Below the pieces are notes generated by a model. That model saw nothing but the letters and a program-made list of their open reading frames with translations. It was not told the DNA's origin and ran no database searches. Shown piece after piece: positions 27,238-36,897 of a stretch of DNA of 54,540 nucleotides. Each line of letters opens with the position of its first letter. Within the stretch, counting starts at the first letter, position 1. The stretch comes from Oligoflexaceae bacterium (lineage in GTDB: Bacteria > Bdellovibrionota_B > Oligoflexia > Oligoflexales > Oligoflexaceae), in the NCBI GenBank assembly GCA_947454545.1, contig CANGNB010000001.1, positions 1 through 54,540 on the forward strand, given 5' to 3'. The position numbers were made by a program, and so were the translations under genes.

Positions 27238-28584
27238 TTACTCTCCTCCGCCACCACCCTGGAAACGTTGTTTCAAAAAATCGCCTTGAGCCTTGAGGCC
27301 AGAAAGTTGACCTTCCAACGCTGTGAAGCGCCGTTTGATGTTCTCTTCCTTTTTACCGAGCTGAGCTTCCTTGTTCGCAATCTGTTCATCTTGGCTTTTG
27401 ATGATGCTGTCAAGGGCTCGAGTTCTGGATTTAAGAACACCACTTTGGGCATCGCGAAAGCCTTTGATTGTATCGGAGAGACGTGCTGCCACGCCTACCG
27501 CTTGTTCCGTTCTCACAAAGACTTTGGCAACTCCTTCATAGTCTTCGGCCAAGGCTGCCCGAACTTTAGCATCAGCGAAATCAAGCTCACCTGTCTTGGG
27601 GTTGGTCGTTATTCCTATGTCGGCAAGAGTTCGATACTTTCCTGAAGAATTGATCGGCAATCCCAAGGAGCCTTGAAGCGATCGCATGATGCCTTTGATA
27701 GAACTATCACCGGCAAGAATACCCGCTTTTCCGGTCTTCGGATCGACCTGAAACTGACCGTTAATGAACTTTGCTAACTCATTGTATTTTTTAACAAATT
27801 CATCGATCGACTTAGCCGTCGTATCGAGGTCATAGGTCACATTCATCTGGACTCTCGTTCCGGGCTCTGCGCGCTTGACATTAAACACCACCCCATCAAC
27901 CAGAGCCTCGAGAGTATTATCCTCATCTGTTACGGGAACATCTTCGAAGAGGACATCCAGATTTCTCCCTGCAACCTGTTCTTTGAATTCGAGAAAGGTG
28001 GTATCCTCGTCGATAAATATCTTTGACTCTTTGCCACTTTTTTCACTCATGACCAAAAGGCGAAAGGAATCAGGTTGATACTTTGTATTCACGATCATGG
28101 CTTTGAGACCAGCATCTTTGCCATTGATGGCGTTGGCCACATCTTCCAAAGTCGATCCTGGTTCGATGGTGAGTTCGAGGTCTTCTTGCCCCTCTCTTTG
28201 AATCAACATGTAACCAAAGCCTACAGGGGTTTTGTCCTTATCTGGAAAACCATAAGCCAACTGCTTTTCGGATTTAGCGAGACCTCTAACTTCAAATTCG
28301 TAGTTACCAGGGAGAGTGTAACCTTTTACCGTCGCATCCATGATGTCGGGATGCGACGATTCAATTTTCATTTTGTAAAAATCAATCTTGGTTTTCAGCT
28401 TATTCAGCGAAGTATCCAAGCCTGCAACGAATTCGTTGAGTTTACCAAACTCATCCCGCTCACCTTGAACTTTTTCTTTGCGCTTCTTTGCATTCTCGAT
28501 GGGTATCTTTTCAGCTTCGATCAAACCCTCTACAACTCGAGGATCAAACAATCCAGAAGCAGCACCTGGACCGCGCACACCCAT
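27238..28584 (-). CDS. fliD: Flagellar filament cap protein
   Basis: G.ASG.D...V..LI.AE N-terminus, FV..YN, LADIGIT and ..RFTALE C-terminus. Upstream of fliS. Confidence 0.93.
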   Translation of the reverse strand: MGVRGPGAASGLFDPRVVEGLIEAEKIPIENAKKRKEKVQGERDEFGKLNEFVAGLDTSLNKLKTKIDFYKMKIESSHPDIMDATVKGYTLPGNYEFEVRGLAKSEKQLAYGFPDKDKTPVGFGYMLIQREGQEDLELTIEPGSTLEDVANAINGKDAGLKAMIVNTKYQPDSFRLLVMSEKSGKESKIFIDEDTTFLEFKEQVAGRNLDVLFEDVPVTDEDNTLEALVDGVVFNVKRAEPGTRVQMNVTYDLDTTAKSIDEFVKKYNELAKFINGQFQVDPKTGKAGILAGDSSIKGIMRSLQGSLGLPINSSGKYRTLADIGITTNPKTGELDFADAKVRAALAEDYEGVAKVFVRTEQAVGVAARLSDTIKGFRDAQSGVLKSRTRALDSIIKSQDEQIANKEAQLGKKEENIKRRFTALEGQLSGLKAQGDFLKQRFQGGGGGE

Positions 28585-28616
28585 AACTATCCCTCACACT
28601 CTAGGAGTTCATTGGC

Positions 28617-29534
28617 ATGAAGCTCATTCATCCGACAGATCTAGTAACTCTTGAAAAGCGTAATCACATGCTGTTTGAGGCATTACGTACTCAAGATTCT
28701 GAGCTGCCTATTGAAAAGGAATATCCTATTGTTCTCTCTGCAGAAAATTTGAGATATAGCTACTGCCTCACCGATCAAGACACCATCTGTTCTCATGCAA
28801 ACCTATGGCCAAGAATTCTCCAAGACAGATCGCATGTTGAAACCATCCCGGTTGGCCTTGTCGGGAATGTTGCAACCGCCGAATCGCATCGTGGTCGCGG
28901 ATTGATGAAAGATCTCATGGATACCCTTGAGCAGGAAGCTCAAAAAAAAGGTCTCTCTGCCTTGATTTTGTGGAGCGACCTTTCCGAATTTTATCATAGA
29001 TTGGGCTTTGAGTCGCTAGGCAAGGAATTCCACTTTAGTTTCGAGACTATGGATCTCGAGCCTCTCACAGACATCCAGGTGAAGCAGACAAAACTGCAGG
29101 ATATCGATCGGACCTTACTGCAAAAGCTGCTTGCCCTCCGGTATCCCATTTCCAGAACTCTCCAAAGAAGCCTCTCGGACTATGAACAGCTTATCCACAT
29201 TCCTTCCATGGAGCTTTACACAGCTTGGAAAAATGATAATTTGTGTGCCTTTGGATGGATAGGCAAAGGGGCAGACATGTCGGGTGTGATTCATGAATGG
29301 GGAGCTCAAGAGCCTGAGATGATGATCGATCTCAGCAGTGAAATTTCAAAATCACAAAAACTTCAACAAGTTATGATTTTGAGTCCCCACGAACTGAGAG
29401 ACGACTGGCTCCAAATCTTTTTAGAGGAGAGTTTTCTGAGCGAGGTTGTGCCTATGGCTTTCATAAAAATTTTGGATGAAAGCAAGCGTGAGGCTCTAGA
29501 AGATATGTTCATTTGGGGCTTAGATTCGATCTAA
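28617..29534 (+). CDS. GNAT (Eis-like) N-acetyltransferase
   Basis: VGLVGNVAT..SHRGRGLM..L and LILWSD...FY.RLGF, plus a second degenerate domain. Confidence 0.85.
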   Translation: MKLIHPTDLVTLEKRNHMLFEALRTQDSELPIEKEYPIVLSAENLRYSYCLTDQDTICSHANLWPRILQDRSHVETIPVGLVGNVATAESHRGRGLMKDLMDTLEQEAQKKGLSALILWSDLSEFYHRLGFESLGKEFHFSFETMDLEPLTDIQVKQTKLQDIDRTLLQKLLALRYPISRTLQRSLSDYEQLIHIPSMELYTAWKNDNLCAFGWIGKGADMSGVIHEWGAQEPEMMIDLSSEISKSQKLQQVMILSPHELRDDWLQIFLEESFLSEVVPMAFIKILDESKREALEDMFIWGLDSI

Positions 29535-29553
29535 TGAATCCAGCCCCTATGAA

Positions 29554-30399
29554 TTAGCTTTGCTGCAGAAGGGTCAATGCCATCTTAGGAATCGAGTTTG
29601 CCTGCTGAAGGACAGAGGTTCCTGCCTGCATGAGGATGTTATTTCGCGTAAGTTCTGACGTTTCAACCGCGATATCAACATCTTTGATGCGAGACCCTGC
29701 AGCTGAAAGGTTTTCAATCGAAACCGAAAGGTTGCGAATGGTACTTGTCAAACGGTTATCAATTGCACCTAACTCCCCACGAATCGAGGAGACTTCCTCA
29801 ATTGCTGAGTCGATAAGCGAAAGGCTTCGCTGTGCGTTTACTTTCGAGTCAATGGAAAGCTCTTCGAGACCTAATTTATCTACGTTAACGTCAGATTTGA
29901 AGGCATCGAAAGAGATACGGTCGACACCCAAAAGGTTTTGGCCGCCAGTATTTACTTGAAAATCTAAGCTACCGCCAGTTCCGTCGAGGAGCACGGTACC
30001 ATTAAATTCAGTCACGTTTGCTACGCGATCGATCTCTTCCTTCAGAGCTTGATATTCCTCATTGAGGTAGCGGCGTTCCTGCTGCCCGATGGTATCACTG
30101 GCCGCCTGGACTCCAAGTTCGCGGAGTCGAATAAGGATGTTCTGAATTTCTTCTAGACCACCCTCTGCAACCTGCACAAGAGAAATACCGTCGGAAGCAT
30201 TTCGCTGAGCCTGCACCAAGCCACGCGTCTTAGCACGAAGCTTTTCAGAGATGGCAAGGCCTGCAGCATCATCCCCAGCCTTGTTGATACGATAACCGCT
30301 CGATAATCTCTCGAGAGAGCGATCGAGGAGGCGCCGTGTGTTGATCAAGTGGCGCTGAGCTGTGAGAGACGATACGTTGGTCGCGATCCGCAAACCCAT
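29554..30399 (-). CDS. fliC: Flagellin (short, 281 aa)
   Basis: MGLRIATN...LERLSSGYRIN.A.DDAAGLAISE and SRIKDVD.A.E..ELT..NIL.QA. RBS GGAGG. Confidence 0.97.
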   Translation of the reverse strand: MGLRIATNVSSLTAQRHLINTRRLLDRSLERLSSGYRINKAGDDAAGLAISEKLRAKTRGLVQAQRNASDGISLVQVAEGGLEEIQNILIRLRELGVQAASDTIGQQERRYLNEEYQALKEEIDRVANVTEFNGTVLLDGTGGSLDFQVNTGGQNLLGVDRISFDAFKSDVNVDKLGLEELSIDSKVNAQRSLSLIDSAIEEVSSIRGELGAIDNRLTSTIRNLSVSIENLSAAGSRIKDVDIAVETSELTRNNILMQAGTSVLQQANSIPKMALTLLQQS

Positions 30400-30703
30400 G
30401 AGTTAACCTCCGACACACTTTACAGACGAAAGAACCAATCGAACTGCTGAAAGTGACTTGGACTGCCGCTTTGCTAGGGAATTTCCTCACCTGATCTCAT
30501 TCTAGCACAGCAAAATTTGACGGCACAAGGCGACGTCAAAGGTTTTGACAGGCAACAATTGCCCATGAATACTCCCGTACAAGACTTTGGGAAAAGTTCT
30601 TCAAAAAAGCCTTGAAGTCGCGCCTGGTTCTTGCAAGATAGCTCAGTAAAAGTGGTCTTTTTTGGGCACTCGAAAAACTATAGCAAAAGACAAGGAATAA
30701 CCT

Positions 30704-31702
30704 ATGGCAAAGAATCGTGTATTTCGATTGAAAGTACGACCGCAAGGCGAAGCCAAGGCTTCCGACTTTGAGCTCCGTGAAGAACCCCTTGAACTGCTTT
30801 CTAAAGATCAAATCTTGGTTAAGGTCAAGTACTTGAGCCTAGATCCTACGAATCGCATCTGGATGAGTGATATGCCCCAGTATATGCCACCTGTTGAAGT
30901 TGGCGATGTGATGCGAGGCCTTGGCATTGGTATGGTCGAGGAAAGTCAATCTCCGAACTTCAAGAAGGGTGATCTCGTGTCCGGCCTCTTAGGTTGGCAA
31001 GAATACTCGAAAGTTGAGGCTGCGAGCTTGAGTAAGCTCCCACAATGGGATGTACCCCTTGATGCTCACATGGGTCCCTTAGGCATGACGGGATGGACAG
31101 CTTACTTCGGTCTCTTAAATATTGGCCAACCCAAACCGGGTGAGACTGTTGTCGTGTCCGCAGCAGCAGGGGCCGTCGGATCGATTGTCGGGCAGATTGC
31201 TAAAATTCAAGGTTGCCATGTCATTGGCTTAGCAGGCTCTGATGAAAAATGTCATTGGCTTAAAGAAGAGTTAGGCTTTGACGGCGTCATCAATTACAAA
31301 AAAGAACATCTTGGAAAAGCGCTGGATCGCCTTTGTCCCAAAGGTATCGATGTCTACTTTGAAAACGTTGGGGGAGAGGTCCTCGATATGATCCTTCCAA
31401 GAATGAATCTTTTCGGAAGAATCCCACTTTGTGGCCTGATCTCAAGCTACAATGCAGAGGATAAAGTTCCTGGGCCCTATCAATTTTCGCAAATCCTCAT
31501 GAAGCGACTCAAAGTTCAGGGCTTTATCGTTTTTGATTTTGCCAAGGACATCCCTGCAGCTACGGAGCAACTTGGACAGTGGCTTAAAGATGGTCGTATT
31601 CGTTATAAATCGACTATCGTCAAAGGCCTTGAAAAGGCTCCAGAAGCAATGAATATGCTCTTCAAAGGTGAAAACACAGGCAAATTATTCATAGAGCTCT
31701 GA
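30704..31702 (+). CDS. NADP-dependent oxidoreductase (MDR; CurA/prostaglandin-reductase-like)
   Basis: YLSLDP..R.WM, LGMTG.TAYFGL, VSAAAGAVGS.VGQIAK, GIDVYFENVGG and G.NTGK. Confidence 0.92.
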   Translation: MAKNRVFRLKVRPQGEAKASDFELREEPLELLSKDQILVKVKYLSLDPTNRIWMSDMPQYMPPVEVGDVMRGLGIGMVEESQSPNFKKGDLVSGLLGWQEYSKVEAASLSKLPQWDVPLDAHMGPLGMTGWTAYFGLLNIGQPKPGETVVVSAAAGAVGSIVGQIAKIQGCHVIGLAGSDEKCHWLKEELGFDGVINYKKEHLGKALDRLCPKGIDVYFENVGGEVLDMILPRMNLFGRIPLCGLISSYNAEDKVPGPYQFSQILMKRLKVQGFIVFDFAKDIPAATEQLGQWLKDGRIRYKSTIVKGLEKAPEAMNMLFKGENTGKLFIEL

Positions 31703-31705
31703 GAG

Positions 31706-31739
31706 AAAAAAACTCCGTGCAGACGGCACGGAGTTCTTT
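31706..31739. terminator. Bidirectional intrinsic terminator
   Basis: aactccgtgc-agacg-gcacggagtt, flanked by an A-run and a T-rich run, between convergent genes. Confidence 0.8.
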
Positions 31740-31741
31740 AT

Positions 31742-32707
31742 CTATATCTGAATGCTACTCAAATCATTTAACAGAAGCTCTACCTTATCTTTTTCAAGAC
31801 CTACCGGAATCGGCAAATTCTTCGACTTCATCCAGTAACGTGATCCAGATTCACCCTTTTGTTCAAAGAGACTCAAAATATCGAGTTGGCCTTTCTCTCC
31901 CTGAAACAAAATAGAAAGTTTAAGTTCAGCCTGTTCAATGCCTTTGATTTCATCCTCTTTTGGATAAGATTCAATTTTAAGTTTCAAAAACTTATCCAAC
32001 CAGTTTCGAAAAGCTTCATCGACGATCTCAGGCTTCTCTTTTCTAACCCACTTTTTAGAGTCACCCTTTTTTAGCTGTAAATATTCGGTTGATTTAGCTT
32101 GATGACTGATCGTTGCTCCCGTGACGTCTTCTAATTTGAAGCTATAGGGCTGAACTAAAGCCAGTCTTGCTTTCGGTCGATCCAGAGGACTCAAAAACTG
32201 CCTATCCAAAAGCAAAACAGTATTTTGACCCTCATCTAAAGCAAAAATCTCTGTGGACTGAAAGCTTCGTTTACCAAATCTAAGAGACAGGTTTTTACCA
32301 TTTCCGTAAGTAACTTTGAGGCTATGTGTAGTCTTATCGAGGCCAAATTCCTCGAGCTTAAGCCCCTCAGCTTTGCCCAGGACCTTATTGACACGAAGGG
32401 GACTAAATCCTTCAAAAACAGTCAAAAGACTATCACTCGCAAGAAATCGGTCGCTTTCCTTAGATGCCTCGGCTCCAGGTTTTGGGGCAGACCTTACATC
32501 CAGCCAATACCGATCTGAAGAAGTATCTTTACTTACATTCAAGACCTGCTCATCACTTTGCAGCGTTAATGCTTCAATCGTTCCTTTACCAATTTGAAGC
32601 CAATCCTGCCCATCCTGAGGCTTATAGGGATTTAACGTACTGGCATAATAAGCATAGAGAGACGCAAGAACAAAGAAAACTGCATACGGAATAAGCTTAT
32701 TTTTCAT
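31742..32707 (-). CDS. DUF4340-like membrane-anchored periplasmic protein
   Basis: N-terminal TM and the L.EFGL..P/T-like motif (LEEFGLDK). Last gene of a GldAFG-like operon, with an ATGA overlap. Confidence 0.7.
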   Translation of the reverse strand: MKNKLIPYAVFFVLASLYAYYASTLNPYKPQDGQDWLQIGKGTIEALTLQSDEQVLNVSKDTSSDRYWLDVRSAPKPGAEASKESDRFLASDSLLTVFEGFSPLRVNKVLGKAEGLKLEEFGLDKTTHSLKVTYGNGKNLSLRFGKRSFQSTEIFALDEGQNTVLLLDRQFLSPLDRPKARLALVQPYSFKLEDVTGATISHQAKSTEYLQLKKGDSKKWVRKEKPEIVDEAFRNWLDKFLKLKIESYPKEDEIKGIEQAELKLSILFQGEKGQLDILSLFEQKGESGSRYWMKSKNLPIPVGLEKDKVELLLNDLSSIQI

Positions 32708-34548
32708 GCTCGACTCCTTCTCCGACGATTCACCCAATATCCCATGCCTAGGATAATGATAGGAAAGGCGTAAATAGAGCCCATAAAGACAAAGAGTTCA
32801 CGTCCCTTCGAATGCTGAATTTTGACGTCCTCTTCCGATTCAATAGCTCCGGAAATGTCCGCTCGATCACTCAACCAACGGAAACTATCAAGCGCCATAA
32901 GTTGATTGCCTCCATTCCCCATCAGAGGATCGGAAAACATAGTTGCATCAGCAAAAACCAGAACTTTTGCTTTCTTTCCGTCAGGAAGATCTTTCTCTAC
33001 GGCTACCCCTAGGGGCAGGGATTCTTTCTTCTCAAGGCCTTCATCGAAGGAAAGGTTCTTATTCTTATCCTGATAAGTGCTTCGCATACTCATAATGGTT
33101 GCTGATGTCTTCCATTGATCAGAGGATGGCACCACAGCTAGCGCACCTGAATAAAACGTGAAGACACTTAATTTGTCATCATTCCTGGTAAGGGTCGATA
33201 CGGATTCATGAGAGCCAAAGACATTCGTATACAAAAGCAGCTTATCGAGTTTGCTCCCACGACCCTGATTAATATAATCCTGATCACTTACAAGTGGATC
33301 ACGCCTGTACTCCACTCCCAGCTCTCTCAAAAAATCAGTGAGTTGTGCCTGCTCCCCTACCTCAATACCTTCTGGCCTCTCGCCTCCGAACTCAATGTCG
33401 AGAATCACCAGAAGCTTTCCGCCTTTTTGCAGATAAGATCTCAATGCCTGCACTTCCTCGGGCAAGACATTGGAAATGGGACTGGCTAAGACGACAATAG
33501 CAGCATCGTCAGGGATTGAGGCAAATGCTGTTCCAAGCGTTCTAGGATTTAGATTCTGAGAACGCAAGACAGCCTCTAATCCACGAATGGTTCGTGGAGG
33601 AGAGTGTTTGTCTAAACTCCAACTCATTTCACCATGATTCGCCAAGAAATAAACATTCTTTGGCTCTGCAGTGAGCGTAAGAAGATTTTTTTGAAAGTCT
33701 TTGTCCAAACTCTTCAATTTTGATCGTGCGTTCTCGAGTTTGTCGCCCAGATCAATGCGCTGGCGACGGCCATCGCGACTCAAGACGATTTGTCCGTTTT
33801 TAGAAACTCTATATTCTTCTGCTTGAAGAGGCTGAAAATCTTTGTCGAAGTATGCTATTTCTAGCTGTTTACTCTGCTTAGCAGCATAATCGAGATACTC
33901 TTTCACATAAGGCAAAACCTCGCTGTCTTTTGAGAAAAAGACACCAACCTTTACAGGCTGCTGAAGCCCGGCGACGATCTTCAAAGTAGACTCACCTGGT
34001 TTGGTAGTCTTGAAATAGGAGACATCAAAAACTTTGTCTTGCTTCTGAGAAGCATAATTCAAGGCAAAAAGACCAAGCAGCAAAAAGCCAAGTCCCATCC
34101 AACGAAAGAAGCTTTCATGCAATCGCTTCGGTTCTGCAGTTTCACCCTCACCACTGACACGATGAGAAAGTTCGACTCCGACACCAGTCAGAAGTCCCAG
34201 TGATAAAAAGCTAAGATAGAGCCAGAGCAATACCTTTGCACTCAGCTGTTCAGGAGCTGCAGCCCCTGCCAATTGCCACTTATAGAGAAAGTAGAAGCTC
34301 ACTCCAAATGCCACCAAAACTTTCCAGGCAATCGTAGAGCGCCAACACGAAGCTTCGGCTATCTTGCCATCCTTCTGAGCTTTCCAACTCAAAAAGACGC
34401 TCAGTGTGATCCCAAGAATACCCCCCAAAATGCCCAGACCTAAAAGATATCCGTAGGGAGCCTGAGATGTGAAATAGCGTTCTGCGGAGAAAATGGCCAT
34501 GAGGCCTAAGACAAAAACCCAGACACGAATGGCTTTCAATTGTTCCAT
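32704..34548 (-). CDS. GldG-family ABC transporter auxiliary component with extra N-terminal TM helices
   Basis: About 5 N-terminal TMs, FDVS, VYFL.NHGE, IP.DA..VVLA.P, L..YL..GG.LLV and GN..M......WL, plus a C-terminal TM ending RRRR. Confidence 0.85.
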   Translation of the reverse strand: MEQLKAIRVWVFVLGLMAIFSAERYFTSQAPYGYLLGLGILGGILGITLSVFLSWKAQKDGKIAEASCWRSTIAWKVLVAFGVSFYFLYKWQLAGAAAPEQLSAKVLLWLYLSFLSLGLLTGVGVELSHRVSGEGETAEPKRLHESFFRWMGLGFLLLGLFALNYASQKQDKVFDVSYFKTTKPGESTLKIVAGLQQPVKVGVFFSKDSEVLPYVKEYLDYAAKQSKQLEIAYFDKDFQPLQAEEYRVSKNGQIVLSRDGRRQRIDLGDKLENARSKLKSLDKDFQKNLLTLTAEPKNVYFLANHGEMSWSLDKHSPPRTIRGLEAVLRSQNLNPRTLGTAFASIPDDAAIVVLASPISNVLPEEVQALRSYLQKGGKLLVILDIEFGGERPEGIEVGEQAQLTDFLRELGVEYRRDPLVSDQDYINQGRGSKLDKLLLYTNVFGSHESVSTLTRNDDKLSVFTFYSGALAVVPSSDQWKTSATIMSMRSTYQDKNKNLSFDEGLEKKESLPLGVAVEKDLPDGKKAKVLVFADATMFSDPLMGNGGNQLMALDSFRWLSDRADISGAIESEEDVKIQHSKGRELFVFMGSIYAFPIIILGMGYWVNRRRRSRA

Positions 34549-35276
34549 TAGCCTTGCAACCTCCGTGTTTCCAAGACTTTGATAGACGCTTCAAGGAAGA
34601 AGAAAATCAGACTTCCGTAGTAAACAAGATCGCGCGTATGAACAATACCGATAGAAAAAGGGCGAAATCTTTCGTTATGAATAGACATATACATAAACAG
34701 ATCACGGAAAGGGACATCAACGCGGTAGGCGACTAACCAGAGTACCAAAAATAGAACTGTCAGCGATGTAGCCAGAACACCAGCAAGAAGCTGATTGGGA
34801 GCTAGGCTCGAAGCAAAGAGGGAAAGACTGAGTACAGCACTCCCTAAGAGCATGACTCCTAGGTAACCTGAAGCCAGGTGTCCTAATGATACCTTTCCTT
34901 CCAATAGGATGAGGCAAGGAAGATAGATGCTTGCGGCTTGCATGATCAGATAGACCAGGAATACAGACAGAAATTTTCCATAGATGAGCTCACGTTCTGT
35001 GACCGGTGAAGTATAGAATAACACCAATGTGCCCGTTTGTTTTTCTTCTGCGATGAGGCGCATCGCAAACAAAACGGCAGCAACCATGCCTATGCCGCTA
35101 CTGAAATAGAAAAAATCGCGCAAGACATCTGCAGAAAATTTTGGCGAATCACCAATGGCGTAAGCGTTGAACAAAATACCTTCGAGCAGAAGCCCTAGAG
35201 CCAAGATGATATAGCCCATCCAGGTCGAAAAATAGGCGCCAAGCTCACGCCTGGCAATGCTCACGATTTTTCCCAT
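34548..35276 (-). CDS. ABC-2 permease (GldF-like)
   Basis: IARREL..YF, MRLIAEEK..GT....T.PV......GKF and S....NQ..A. Six TMs. Confidence 0.9.
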   Translation of the reverse strand: MGKIVSIARRELGAYFSTWMGYIILALGLLLEGILFNAYAIGDSPKFSADVLRDFFYFSSGIGMVAAVLFAMRLIAEEKQTGTLVLFYTSPVTERELIYGKFLSVFLVYLIMQAASIYLPCLILLEGKVSLGHLASGYLGVMLLGSAVLSLSLFASSLAPNQLLAGVLATSLTVLFLVLWLVAYRVDVPFRDLFMYMSIHNERFRPFSIGIVHTRDLVYYGSLIFFFLEASIKVLETRRLQG

Positions 35277-35277
35277 A

Positions 35278-36201
35278 TTATACTCCTCCTTTCACAAGTT
35301 TAAAGAAGAGCGTTTCCAGCTCAGCCTCTTTTCGGCCCATACTTAGGAGTTCCCCATTTTCTTGAACCACTGTCTGAGCTATGAGTGGTCGTATATCGTG
35401 AGAACAAGATATATCCAAGAACCCCTGTGATGCTGCGCTCTCATCAATTTGTAAGACACCTGATAGGCCTCGCAATGCCTTGACGAGTTCAGGTGTCGAG
35501 CGTGCTAGTTCAAGGCGGACATGAATACCTTGGGGAGCTTTCCCTCTAAGTTGGGATTCACTGCCTTCGGCTACGAGTTGCCCTTTGTCTATCACTAAGA
35601 TGCGATCGCAAGTTTTGGTGATTTCTGACAGGATGTGGCTTGATAGAATAACCGTATGCTGACCTTTAAGTGACAAGATCAAGTCGCGCATTTCAATGAT
35701 TTGAACAGGATCAAGGCCGTTTATAGGCTCGTCAAGTATAAGTATTTTCGGCTTGTGCACCAAGGCTTGAGCTATTCCTACTCGCTGCTGATAACCATGG
35801 GAAAGTTCCCCTAGGCTCACGTCCGAAACCTCGAGTAGATTGGTCTTTCGCATCGCATCATCGACATACTGAGGGATGGCATTGGCAGAAACATTTTTCA
35901 GGCGAGCCACAAACTCGAGGTAAGCGCGCGTCTTCATTTCCTCATAGAGCGGTGGTTTGTCAGGAAGATAGCCGATCAAGCTGCGGACAGCTTGAGCATT
36001 TTGTGCTACAGAGTGGCCTCCGACCCATGCGTCTCCTTGAGAAGCCTCGAGAAAGCAGCCAAGAATTTTCAGAATTGTGCTCTTACCTGCCCCATTCAGA
36101 CCCAGGAGGCCAATAATCTCGCCTTCATGAATCGTAAAGCTCAGGTCTCGAACCGCTTTTTTGTTGCCAAAAAACTTACTGACCGAACGAACTTCAATCA
36201 T
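35278..36201 (-). CDS. ABC transporter ATP-binding protein (GldA-like)
   Basis: GLNGAGKST, LSHGYQQRVGIAQA, LDEP..GLDP.QI and SSHIL.E. ATG at 36201 after GAGGT. Confidence 0.92.
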   Translation of the reverse strand: MIEVRSVSKFFGNKKAVRDLSFTIHEGEIIGLLGLNGAGKSTILKILGCFLEASQGDAWVGGHSVAQNAQAVRSLIGYLPDKPPLYEEMKTRAYLEFVARLKNVSANAIPQYVDDAMRKTNLLEVSDVSLGELSHGYQQRVGIAQALVHKPKILILDEPINGLDPVQIIEMRDLILSLKGQHTVILSSHILSEITKTCDRILVIDKGQLVAEGSESQLRGKAPQGIHVRLELARSTPELVKALRGLSGVLQIDESAASQGFLDISCSHDIRPLIAQTVVQENGELLSMGRKEAELETLFFKLVKGGV

Positions 36202-36353
36202 GTCTTCATTACCTCGATTGAACCTTGGTAGGAACATCAATCCTTCAAGATAGCAAATCAAGGATGCAATGCAAGAAATGGATCGAAGAGAATGCGCGGA
36301 AGTGGAAAAATGAAAATGGGATGAGAGCTTCTAGGAATGATCGAGGATCTATG

Positions 36354-36375
36354 GGATGCTCCTTTCAGAGCATCC
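36354..36375. terminator. Hairpin downstream of the 165-aa gene
   Basis: ggatgctc-ctttca-gagcatcc, an 8-bp stem with no strong U-tract. Confidence 0.4.
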
Positions 36376-36399
36376 AGACGAAGATGAGTACGGGTTCTA

Positions 36400-36897
36400 T
36401 CAATGGATGTGAAGCAGTGGGGTCCTCATTTCGTAACGCCCCATTTCTAAAGTGCCAGCCCAGCTCGTATTTGCACGGTCTGCAAGCAAAGAGGTGCCGA
36501 CCATCAAAACTCCTTCACGTCCTCTGGGTGTGCAATCTTGGGTCGCACAGTCCCCCATGGCTTTCGGCAAGTTCTGTACTTCCCACCGTGCTTCAGAGCT
36601 CTCTTTGATCGCTCTTGCTGCGGGAGTTGCACTGACTGGCTTCTCCTCGGAGGTGGCGCGTTCCTCTCGAACGACCGCCGGCATCTCAACCGGCTTCTGA
36701 GCAAGTTCTTTTTTCTTTATATTACGGATATTTATCTTTTTCTTGGGGGAAGCTGGAAGCGGCTGCACCACAGGCAGAGCTTCTGCCACGGCAGGTTCTG
36801 GGACAGGTTCTGTCTTTTTATATCTATCTGATTTATTTATAAAAAAAGCCAAAATTAAGAGACCAAGGGCAAGGACGGGGAGAAGGCGCTGTTTCAT
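36400..36897 (-). CDS. Hypothetical membrane-anchored protein
   Basis: N-terminal TM, a P/E/K-rich linker and a small C-terminal domain with CATQDC. RBS GGAG. Confidence 0.6.
   Translation of the reverse strand: MKQRLLPVLALGLLILAFFINKSDRYKKTEPVPEPAVAEALPVVQPLPASPKKKINIRNIKKKELAQKPVEMPAVVREERATSEEKPVSATPAARAIKESSEARWEVQNLPKAMGDCATQDCTPRGREGVLMVGTSLLADRANTSWAGTLEMGRYEMRTPLLHIH

Noticed and set aside
30400-30490. GCAAAGC..AGTCCAAG in the flagellin leader as a c-di-GMP-I riboswitch
   Set aside because: It lacks the GGCAAAC/GNRA P2 hairpin and its pairing, so the resemblance is only partial.
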